Shown here: one piece after another, positions 10,461 through 21,800 of the stretch
How the letters are laid out: each line of letters begins with the position of its first letter
Numbering within the stretch: position 1 is the first letter of the stretch
Assembly: GCA_022813965.1 (NCBI GenBank)
Contig: JALDZS010000234.1
Span: forward strand, 1-33,264
Length of the DNA: 33,264 nt
Reading direction: 5' to 3'
Source: Toensbergia leucococca
Taxonomy: Eukaryota
Program-made: the position numbers and the translations under genes
Notes under the pieces: model-generated
Database searches by the model: none
Told to the model about the DNA's origin: nothing
Seen by the model: only the letters and a program-made list of their open reading frames with translations

Positions 10461-12492
10461 TCAATCCATAATTTCCTAAAGGATTGCGTTAGCATCATCT
10501 CCTTTTTCAATTGAGGTGTGGTACCCACGCTAGCGAATTTACTTCTAGCACGAATACGCGGACCATAGAAGACAAGAACCCATGGTACGATGGTAAGTAT
10601 AGCTCCCTGGATAATTCATCAGCCGAGGCTAATCAAATGCACAATCTACTTACCACACCCCCAAGGAAACTCGAAGCTCCAGCATATGTCATTCGGTGGA
10701 ACATTGCGTCCGCGACGAGGGGAAAGACGCCTCCAAGCACGTTTCGACCTGTGAAGGTTTCGTAAGCTTGCATGCTGATTTTAAAATCTTGTATGAGAGT
10801 GAAAAGAAACCACTAACAAAATGACTGCGCGGCTAGCGCTGAGGATGCGTAACGGTGGTATGTGTCTGCCAGATAATTGAAGACAGCAAGGTAAATGGAA
10901 AAAATGCCCATAGTAGCACATAGCACAGCGAGAGTGGGTACGATCCAGTGTATATGTGAGAAAGAAGTCCAACCTAACGCTAGTGTCAGTCAGGAAAAAC
11001 ATCGAAGATGTTCTCGCAAGATAGAATCGCAGTACCAAACCAGAACAATCCAATTGGTAAAAAGGCGCTCTGGATGCAACTAAAGTACAAGCGTCCTTCC
11101 GGAGTAGACGAGATTTTCCCGTAACGTATTGCGATTTTCTCCTGATAGATACTCAAGACGGTTGATAATAGAGCAGCAGTACACATGGCTAGATGTATGT
11201 TCAGTTCATCATCGTGTACGTGGTGACTACAACAATTACCTGCAAAAACCGCCCCACTCTCCTGCGTATTGAAACCATGATTGTTGATGAATACGAGTGG
11301 GATGGCGGAGAACGTCAAATATAGAACAGCCCAGCTGAAGGCTACCCACAACGAGAAGAAGAAGACCACAGATTCTGTAACAAGCAAATCTGTACTTGAG
11401 TAAGTAGCGAACACGAGAAACGAGCTCATGACATCCCTTACGAAAAGGCCTATAAACAGAGATCCCAATCATTTTCGCCAAAGTCTCCCTTTCTTCATCA
11501 GATTTCACCTTCCACCTTATTCTTTGACTCTGTTTCTTGACGCCATCTTCAGAGACGGGCATATCGAATCCAAAGTAACCGGCCTTTTCTCGGGCCTCGT
11601 ACCAGTCGTTGAGAATACGCGCCCTCTTGCTCAGAAGCACGCTACCTCGAGTCTCTTGAAAAAAAACTATTACTAGAAGGATGAGGAAGCCACAGGTAAT
11701 GACCTGTATATAGAAGACCCATCGCCACGACATGTTTTGAACAAGGAATCCCGAACACACTGGGCCCAAACCAGTTCCAAAAAGTGCAGAGCCAGCAAAG
11801 AGTGCCATTGGCGTATTTCTATCTTTGGTATGGTAGATGTCGCTAACGACTCCTCCGACCATAGTTGAGAAGGTAGACCCGCCAACACCGAGCCAAAAGC
11901 GTGCTACCAACATCCCTGGGAATGAGCGAGTGACCGCACAGCATAGCTGACAGATGACGAACAATATTCCTGTAGCAATGAAAACAGGCTTGCGGCCATT
12001 AATCTCTGAAAAAGGTGCAAGAATCATGGGGGCAATTGCAAATCCGGTAGTGAAAGTAGTGATGCCAACATATATAGCTACGAGACTGACTCCCCATTCT
12101 TGAGACATTTGAGGTGCAGCTAAGCTATAAGCTCCAGCAGTATAGGCGGTGACAACGGTGACAGCGCAAGATAGCCAGGTTGTATAGGTCTTGCGAGGCT
12201 CGGACCAAGTAAAAGGGGATACATAGTTTCTGAGATCTGGCGGCTGGGGTGTAGGTAGAGCATCCTGGTACGGTGGTGTTAAAGTAGAGGGCGAGGGAAG
12301 TTCAGTCTCGAAAGTCAGGTAGTGCTGGACAATTGGACTTCGCTCCAGCGAGAATGACTCGGATGGCTTTCTTCGTCGACCAGGGATTCCTTCATTGGAC
12401 TCATGTTTTTCTCTGAACACGCCAAATCTTTCCTCATCACTATAGGTTCTAGACAATGACGTCGGTGGCAATTCAATCTCTGGAGCGGGCAT
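10461..12492 (-). CDS. MFS transporter, DHA1 (drug:H+ antiporter)-type, 6 introns
   Basis: 'PFTWS..RK', 'LAPFSEINGRKP', 'GGVVSDIY...R', 'GTGLGP', 'WRWVF', 'QETR', 'PEGRL', 'YLADTYHRYASSALAAQSF', 'YGPRIRARSKFAS|EIMD*'. Splicing restores one frame (first intron 11390-11441). Confidence 0.9.
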
Positions 12493-13154
12493 AACGATAG
12501 ATCAATATGATGAAAGTACCAATTAGAAGACAGATAGCAAAGGAACGAACTCAAGTCATATGAACCCATATCAGGCTCGATTGAAGAGATAAGAGTAACT
12601 GTCATCGCCTATTCAACACGGATAGCGGCACTTCTCTGCTAAGGTACCTTAGTCAGTGACTGTTTACACTTTACTGATGTGTGTTTTCCGAGGCCATGCA
12701 TCATGACATGATACCCGCTTTTACGGTCCGACATTGGTAAGAAGGAGTGGAGTGAAAGAGTGGACTATGGCTGTGATTATTGAGAGCTTCATACATCTGC
12801 CGCAGTATTTTGATTAGTGGCAAATATCCTCCTGCTTGGACATCTGTACAATGGGGATGGTTCAAAGTAGCAGCTACCTTATGCCTGCCTGGGAAAGGCC
12901 TTGGAACACAGGAAAGAACACGCCATCAACAGCCAATCAGTGACAAGCCTCCGGCCGTTCGCGAGACTGAGTTTTGTAAGCTGATGGCGTGATTATTTTT
13001 CATCGCCATATCGCAGCCATGGGAAAAGATTTACATATGTCAGCCTATAAGATGAATCCCTCTATCACTACACAGTCTTCTCTCCAAATTCATACTCTAC
13101 TCATCTACACTTCTCTTGACCACCTTCCGAGGTCGCCGATCCTAATACATCAAC

Positions 13155-14030
13155 ATGTCTTCCTCTGATGAACGCCCTGCACCGTGAGTAAATCAATATT
13201 ATGCCTCGAGTAACTTCGTATCCTCATGCTAATCTGCCACTCTGCGTATTAGACTGCGCCTCGGGAGTAAGGCTCCCAATTTCCAGGCAGAGACCACCAA
13301 TGGCCCTATAGACTTCCACGAGTTCATCGGCGATTCTTGGGTCGTTCTATTTTCTCATCCCGTAAGTGGCACTGCTTCCATCGTCGTCCTGATAAACTGA
13401 TCTAATTTCTCAAAAGGAAGATTACACACCAGTCTGTACCACCGAGCTAGGCGCTTTTGCAAAGCTCGAACCTGAGTTTGCCAAACGTGGCGTTAAGCTG
13501 ATCGGCCTCTCTGCGAACACAATCGATTCCCATGGTGGTTGGATTAAAGACATCGACGAGATCTCCGGTAGTAGACTAAGATTTCCCATTATTGGTGACA
13601 AAGAGAGGAAAGTGGCGTATCTGTACGATATGCTGGATCATCAGGACATTACAAATGTCGACCAAAAGGGCATTGCCTTCACCATCCGTAGTGTCTTCAT
13701 TATTGATCCAAAGAAGACGATTCGTCTCATTCTCTCGTATCCCGCTTCAACTGGCCGCAACACCGCTGAGATACTACGCGTCGTTGATTCTCTACAGACT
13801 GGCGACAAGCACAGAATAACCACTCCAATCAACTGGATACCTGGTATGTTACCCCAAGCTAGTCCTTGTGATCATTACTGACACTTCTTCCACAACTAGG
13901 TGACGACGTCATTGTACACCCGGGCGTCAATAATGAGCAGGCAAAGGAATTGTTTCCTGATTTCAGGACTGTTAAACCCTATCTGCGATTTACTCCCCTG
14001 CCAAAGGACCAGACAAGTGCAGCAGGTTAG
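13155..14030 (+). CDS. PRX1: 1-Cys peroxiredoxin (Prx6/PRX1 type), 3 introns
   Basis: 'LRLGSKAPNF...LFSHP|EDYTPVCTTELG' (peroxidatic Cys), 'SYPASTGRN', 'TPINWIPG|DDV...KPYLRFTP'. Confidence 0.95.
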
Positions 14031-14858
14031 GTAATTGGGGTATTCTCTCCTGGCGTATAGAGAATTGAGATCCGGGTGTATACTTGGTCAATCGTGTTTT
14101 GCTATGACTTTCAATTGCCCTTTGGCCCTGACTATATAGCGGGCCGTTGCCTATGTGCTAATTCAAAAGCGATGACTAACGTCTTATGAGATCATGGTGT
14201 CGACTCATGTGAGCTGTTCATGTTTCAACACTTCGTCTAGGATACAATATTTACAATCTCTTATGCTTTCCTGACTTGGCCGTAACGTCTACTTTCCATC
14301 CCCGAACCTCTTCAGTGCATGGGCAGCACAAATTATTGAATCAGTGATTCCAAGTTTCATGTCTAACTTCCGAAGGCGAAGACGTCCATCGGAGATCTTA
14401 AACAAGATTCAAATTGTAACGGTGATCAGTCTCTCTTGGCATCCAGCAGTGCATCTACCTTGTGTCATTGATACCTTCTTAGAGTTAGATACACCTTGAC
14501 CTAGCAAGAGGTGATTAGTTGACCTCCTGGCACGGATATCCTAGTGTGTTTCGTAAATTTCAGGTCAGGGACGTCCAGAATTTTTCAACAGCATAAAAGG
14601 CATCAGATGACAAGATGGACTTGGGACAGCGGTAAAAGTTTTGTAGAGGTTGACTAGTACGGTTGGCTCGCCAGTTCCCACGTAAAATGTAGTTTAGGGA
14701 CATATCATGTAGTGAATCATATTGTCGGTAAGGTAATTGTGATTGACATGTAGAGCGTGTAAAGTGAAAGGCCTAAATGTATGATTAAGCATGAGGCATC
14801 CAGCCACCGGCGACTCTTACTCTAATCTTACACGTACGCAGACTTCAAGAATCGCTGG

Positions 14859-15310
14859 AATGGGAGGTCCCATCAACAGTAAGGGTCTATCTAGACGTTC
14901 AGATTCATTCTTTGCAGTTCCGTGCTCACTGAACGTCTTGGCTTCGTCATTTCCTTCAGTCTCGCTCTTTACAGTCTCACATTTAAGCACCAAATCCGAC
15001 CGTCCAGCCCCTAATACTGGGAACGGGAGGTTATCCAGGAATTATAATGCAGCGGCTAGAAGGTGGCTCCGGATTCCAAGTCCTGTTGTCATCCAGTATC
15101 TCAACTCATGTCTCGCAGAGTCACCTACACTATTGTTGCTTTACCTATCGCTATTGTGACGAGCTATGTGTTATACCAACGACGTACTGTCTCTTCTCAT
15201 GCAGGACTTGATATTGTACAGAACTTTGCTGATTTACGGCAGTAATATTGGGTCAAGAACGGAAAAGACTGTCAGCCCTTCCGGAGCAGCGTCGATCGAC
15301 AACAACGTAG
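14859..15310 (+). CDS. Small single-pass membrane protein of unknown function (start uncertain)
   Basis: Introns 15063-15118 and 15184-15242 give '...YNAAARRVTYTIVALPIAIVTSYVLYQRLILGQERKRL...*', a basic stretch plus one hydrophobic helix. It resembles small conserved fungal proteins from memory. Start could be 14791 or 14859. Confidence 0.6.
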
Positions 15311-16866
15311 CTATTCGCTGTTTGAGAACTATCAAGAAAACAGACGGAAATTTGAGGAATCTATTGCCTTCTGGAGATGCTTCACATTATCTTTTGGTTG
15401 GCGCCTCATGAATTGAGTCTTGCAGCTTGCACGATATTTCCTGAACTAATGGCAGGCCTGTCACTCGGTTCTGCTTGCTCGACATGAGGAGCCTATACAC
15501 ATATATCCTTTGGAAAGCTTATTCTAATCTCATTTTTTGCAAGACACATAGATCAAGTCAAGAACACGTGTTACTACATCTCAACACTGTCAGACGTCAT
15601 ATTGATGAATCAGAGCGAAGTTCTGTCTTTGCAGCAATATGGGTACTACTCCAGAGCAGCTTTCTTAAGAATGCTAAATACTATGAGAGTCTTTTTTCAC
15701 GCCTATCTTCCCGGACTTCGAGAGTACGATGGTTGCTTTGATCTTCCAGGAAGCATTTATACCACCTCGCTATATGCACTGATAAACAATGCGACGGTTT
15801 TGAAAAATGGGGCAGCTGATGGAGCAGAGTACGAAGGGAAGAATAAGGACAATGGCTATTTCAAGAGAATGCCCGAGTAACTCAAGTGCGTTATGCATCT
15901 ATAATCTATACATCTACAACCAGAAGCTATCATGGTAGGAGAGGTATGATGGAGTTAAAGTGGAGAGGAAAAGCGAGGTGATAAACCTATCGACAACTTT
16001 CAACGACAGAGATGGTAGGGAATTGCAAGGTATGACCCTTTAGATTAATGACCGTTACCTACCTTGACTGCCTCCGTCGTTGTCCTTGGCGCAGGGGTGG
16101 ATAGCATCATCTTCAAAGGGCACATTAATACCCAACAAGCTCCTAGTCAGTCATCTGAATTGAAGTTGCTGGAGAGAGAGCCCAAATTATTTCTGTCAAG
16201 ATGATACTACAATCGCTTGTGTTCAGCCCGGAGCTTAAGTCTTTCATTTATAGTCACTCAAACTTTTTGCAAAATTCAGAATACACCGGGAATCTCCTTA
16301 CGCCTTATCAGTGAGACTGGGACAATGATAGCGGTAAATACAGACGTTGAAGAAAAGAGAAAAAACCAAGAGACAAACGTACTACACAAGAGGTGGAACG
16401 TCAACGGATGTATATATGTGATTGGTACGTGTCTACGGGAGAAGTTGAGCAGCGGTAGTTTTATCCTGGTTGTTGGCCATCGCCTACGATCAATATAAGC
16501 ACAGTGCCAGCAATGAACCTATACAGTAAGGAAAAGCATTAAGACCGCGAGGATCACGACGTGAAGGGTCACAAAACATCGCACACACAAAATTGGCAAA
16601 AGCAAATTGGGAGCTCAAACTCTGTCTTCCGAGTGAGACATATTTCTATTAGAAGAGCTATTGCAGAGCAGAGCAATCTGACACCATCTATGCTAACATT
16701 TGGCAGGTGTTCGCCTTCAAAGTTCTCGCCCATCACCGAGGACAACGACAAATGCTTGAGAGTAGAGCCTCAAAACCTGAAGGCTCTGAGAGGATTTTTC
16801 AGGACGCTCAAACCCCTGTCCTCCAAATACTGGGATCCCACCTCTCCAGCTCAGACCCGGAGGATT

Positions 16867-18068
16867 TTAGGATCCTAAGTCAAAAAGCATGAAATAACCC
16901 ATTTCGGGAAATGGAAGGCCGGGTTGGTATGGAGGGTCTTGTCTGGTCCAGATTGTGATTGTCGGATATCTTGTTCCGCGAAACTCCTGCATGCCATTGA
17001 CTACTAACCAAGCGATGCCGACTCCGTGTGGAGTCCCGAAGAGCTGTTTGCCTTCTACTGTCCTCGTGCTGAATACTCTTCCTGGCCATGGTATGGCAAG
17101 AGCACCTGGTGTATCAACTCCCATTACCTGCTCCATAATGAACCTGGTATTCACGTTGGTTACAGTGTCTCGAAAGATGTATCGTAGACTGCCTGCGTCA
17201 ATCCCGGCCGTTGCAGCACTATCGGCCCATATGGCCCAAACCACGTCAGCCCAGCTATTCATCGGTGGGATCATCGTCGCAATTTCAGCGGCCGTAGGAG
17301 GAGGTATGTTGTTTCCAGCACAATATTTTGGGCTAACATTGTATCTGGCATTGATAGCTCTCGCTGCAGTGTTGATTATGCTGCCAAAATACCCACCATC
17401 AGGAGGCTAGACCAACATGGTCAGCAAGCCAATCGTTGCGCTTCTAGAAACTTCTGACATACCGTCACAACATTGTTCACATTCAAGAACGACCTCTTCA
17501 GATCGGCAGCTCTCGCTGTGTTAGAGCCAGCGTCGGTCGGTATTCCTTTGGTTGACATTGCCTGTTGCACAGCAGGTGACACGGCTATTGCATCAGGATC
17601 GATATCCCAACCGTTGGTGTGCAAGTCGGCGAAGGTCCATCTTGGGGGTTGTGGATTTGCGGCGGCATTGTCAATCAATGCGAGATATCGCTCACCTTTG
17701 CATTTGGCGTCATCCAAGGTCAATGTGATGGGATCAGCTCGTTTGACGTGAACGGATCCATGGTCCTGGCGGAGTAAGATAGAATTGTCATGAGATTCAT
17801 GAGGATCGTTGTGCAGCGGGTTGAAAAGCGTATGGTATTTGTGATGGCTGATCCTATTGAAAAATTGAAGGGGCTGGTCATGACCAAATGGCACCGCAAT
17901 TCTCTTGTCCAGCTGATCAGCGAGATGGTGAGCCGGGACCGCGGCGTGCTGCTGGACGAGGTCGAGCACAGGTGCATGATGCTGCTGGAATACGATCAAG
18001 AATAGGGTGGAAACGGCAACGAGGGCCAAGGCTTGAAGCCCATGCTGGGATCTAAACCGGGTAGACAT
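16867..18068 (-). CDS. Uncharacterised secreted/signal-anchored protein (~381 aa), one intron 17407-17462
   Basis: Hydrophobic N-terminus 'LQALALVAVSTLFLIVF', His-rich pro-region, KR sites (LDKR, HVKR). A phase-0 GTATGT...CTGAC...TAG intron joins two ORFs. C-domain has 'WADVVW', 'LRYIFRDTVTNVNTR', 'LFGTPHGVGIAWL'. Confidence 0.8.
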
Positions 18069-18852
18069 TTGGTCACGTTGGCTAAGAAAGATTGAGGAGT
18101 AAACGGTGAGTGGCTCGTGGTTGACTGTGTGGCAGATATTCCATCGAATGATCGTTCTACCTCGATCAAATAAGAGGATGAAAGCTGCTTCATGCGGAGG
18201 AGAAGCGTGTTTAGACGTCCCAGAGTGAATGTGATGAAAATTGGGTGAAGAGAATGGTGAATATGAATACCCCTATTTCTTTGGTCTTCCTGCTCCCAAA
18301 TATCAAGCCTTTATTGTTTATGTGACTGTAGGGTTTCTGGCTGACTAATGCTACTTTATTGCCGACAGCAAGCTTTTCGATACTTTGTTATCCTGGAGAA
18401 CCTCAACCAATGACCACGATAAGATACGAGCACTGTTGCAGTTGTATTTCATTAGTGCAAACCTACTACGCTGTAATACCAGGCCCGAGCAGAACTGGCA
18501 ACTCCGTATAAGAGATCCAGCTCAAGAATGCCGGCATAATCAACAGTATGCCAGGGTGGAATGGAGTTGAAAAGAGTCATTATCAAAAGGTTGGAGCAAA
18601 ACCAGTATCATTCGGCTATCTTCTAATCAACGTCTCCCTTCCTAATCTCGCGAAAGCAATCCCCAAGCCACTATCACTATCTCGCTTTCCCTTGAAGGAG
18701 CTCCTTTTCAGAAGCAGTAGACCACACCATGGGCCACAAGAGAGGAAGTTGAACAACATCGCCAATCGCAGTTGTTGGTCATTTCTAGAAGACACTTCTT
18801 AGGGAAACTCACCATCATATCTTCTCTGACCCTCCACGATCCCATCTACCAA

Positions 18853-21800
18853 TCAAGGAGGATTGATAGCCGGGTCGAAGGTGCACTCGGGAGTACCGTT
18901 CGGACCCCCAGCACTCACAATAGCCTTACTGATACACTGAACCTGCTCTGGGTGCTCGATCTGCAGAGTAAATTGAAAAAGTTGGGTTGCAACCCAATTG
19001 GTCTTGTCGGATGCGGTGTAAGATTTCGACACGCTCGTGGCACTCCATCCGGAAAGCTTCGCGCCAACACAAGCACTCTGTAAATCCGATTGCAGAGCCG
19101 CGCCGTTGTCAGTAACGTAATTGGTCCAGATGCCCACCTTGGTGTTAAGTGCATTGGCGACGGCTTCGCAAGTTGCCTCGGGTGGCGGAGGCGGGGGTGG
19201 TGCCTGAGTGGGAACTGGAGGCGGAGGAGGGGGAGCGGCAGAAGTCGAAGGTGGAGATGGTGGAGGAGGAGGAGGAGGAGGAGGAGGAGGAGGAGTAGAT
19301 GTCGGAGGTGGGGGAGGAGGAGTGGTGGTTGACTGAACTCCTGGAGAAGGCGGAGGCGTTGCGTTCGATTCAAGCGATGTGATCTCATTGGGATCATCAT
19401 CATCATCCCCTTGATCTTCTTCCGGATCTGGAGTCACGAGCGGACAAGAGCTCGCTGTTGTAGTCGTGGTCGACGCGACGACATTGCAACCTTGGACCAG
19501 CGAGGAACTTGTCGTTGTGCAGCTTGTTGAGCCGGAGCTAATTGTGTCACAGGAGACCCAGTAATCGGTTACCGTTGACGTCGAACATGACGATTGAGTC
19601 TGGCTCGCAGGCGCCTGAGTGGAGTCGAAATTTACTATACTCTTGAAAAGGCTCGCATAACCAGCTCCGGTGATCAGACCGAGTGTGTACGTGATGGGTT
19701 TTTCCAGTTTAATCAGTTCGTTGAAAGCCCCTCTGAGAGTGTCAAGTAGGTCGTGGGTTTGCTTGGCGAATTGTTGGATCTCGGGTTGGACGTCGGCGCT
19801 GAAATCGGACAGTTCGATATCTCCAAATGCTTGAGCTAAACTTGCAACGTTACCTTCGGCATTTTTCAAAATATCGGCGACGGGCCCAACATCCGCTAGG
19901 CTTAATCCTGAGGAGGAGCCGCCGCCAATTCCTGCCAGTCCTTGAAGACCAGACACTGCCTGGTCAAGGAGACTCGATGCGCCAGATGCAAGACCCTGTA
20001 GGGCGCCGATTGCAGAAGGACCACCAGTGCGGTCGAAGCCAGCTGCTTGGCTTGCAGTTGCCATGGTGTAGTAACCGGTGACTGTGATCCCGTATCCGTC
20101 GCCTCCATCGCCCCCGCCTGTAATGGTGGGTGGGTTATTAGATGGAGTATTCAGTGTCCCACCCAATGATTGAGTGTTGCTACCGACTACAGCATTTGAG
20201 GCACCGGCACCGAGCAATATTGGGGTCCCCGAGACGGTAATTTGTCCGCCTGGAGTTAGAGTCTGACTAGCAATGATGAATTGAGACTGAGAGTTGGCTG
20301 TAAATATCGGCCTGCCGACTCCAAAGGTGAGAACTGCAGGATTCGTTTGTGCGGAGCCTCCAGGTGCTGAGGAAGGATTCTCGGGAGCACCTCCAGAAAC
20401 ACCCCCAGGTATGTTGGTAGCAGACCCACAATTGTCTGGCCCGTTGGCTGAACTGCCGCTGGTAGGTCCGTTGATGACTGAGCCTCCGCCATTTGGGGCC
20501 GCAGGTGGTAGATCATCGCAGTAGTTCTTCCAAACCGTCCATGCACCAAGAGCGGGATCTGTCTCGATATAATCATGCCGACCGTGAGCAATGTGAATGC
20601 GTCCGAATTGGACATTAGCGGAGGAGGAAAAAGTTTGGCCCATACTCGGTATAACTTCTCGTGGATACGGAACCGACCGCACCCAACCAGATTCGCCCGG
20701 ACCACCGCCTTTGCTTGGGTCTTTGCTAAGCCACACAACACCGGTCTCGTCTTGAGGGTGTATCCAAATCGCATCGGCCTTCTGATCGCCGTCAATGTCC
20801 CTGTGGGAGTGGTCAATGTTTGTCCGAGGGGGAAAGGAATCAGAAGACTAACGCAAAACGCATATCTCTCCGCAAACCGGCATTGAAGTCAACAGGGACA
20901 CTGTTGAGCTGTGTCCATGGCCAGCTGCTACACTCTTGATTAGAAACTGGCATGTCAATGGAAAGGTAAGGTGAGATGCAGATACGGGAGGAATTGGTAC
21001 GACTTCTCCAAAGAAGAAAACCCAATCACTTACTTTGAGCCGTCCGTATGGTCGTTCTGGTACACTGTCATCTTAGAAGTGGCGTCAAGATAGATGAGAT
21101 CGGCTTTGCCATCTCCCTGCAACGCTCAACCGTCAGCAGGACCACGAGCTTCTAGCTTCACGTATGAAACAAATGGAGCAATACATACAGTCACATCCGC
21201 AAAATGCACCCCTTCCGCATCGCCTCTTCCGGGCGAGATGACGCCGATGGGATTCCACACCCACCCCCGAGGCTTCACTGTTGGATGGGCACCTTGGTTG
21301 ATCCAAGCCTGGACTGATCCTGATTGCGGGTCGATGACCAACATATCTGCCTTGCCATCGCCGTCGATCTAAGTCTTGCGTTAAGCTTCCTGATGTACGT
21401 GACAGAATGACTGTAATAGAGAAACACTCACGTCGGCAAGTCGGATATTTTCTCTCTTCGAACCGACTCCTAGCGCAACAAAATCTCCGTTGTTCTGCGC
21501 AAACCAATCCCAGCCGTAGCTTACTTTTTGGTCGGGGCCGCCATTGATCCACACTTGGATTTGCCCACTTTCATTGATAAGGATCTTGTCGTCGAGCCCG
21601 TCGCCGTCCAGGTCCTAACGTGAGAGGTTTAGCTCGGTTGGAAAAGAATATCGTACAGGCCGCAGCTTGTTGGGCTACGTACCGCAACCCATGTCCCGTC
21701 TCCTACACGGCTGGCATCGGCATTCCCGTTGTTGGCATATAAAGTCAGGGCGCCGCTCTTCTCGTCAATAGTGAAATAGTCCGTTAACCCTGCGCAGGTT

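Noticed and set aside
8493..14030. ALDH-MFS-peroxiredoxin as a detoxification or secondary-metabolite cluster
   Set aside because: No backbone enzyme or regulator. These are common genes and adjacency alone is not evidence.
15475..16878. Short ORFs between the small membrane gene and the secreted protein
   Set aside because: No motifs, splice-supported model or coding character that I can defend.
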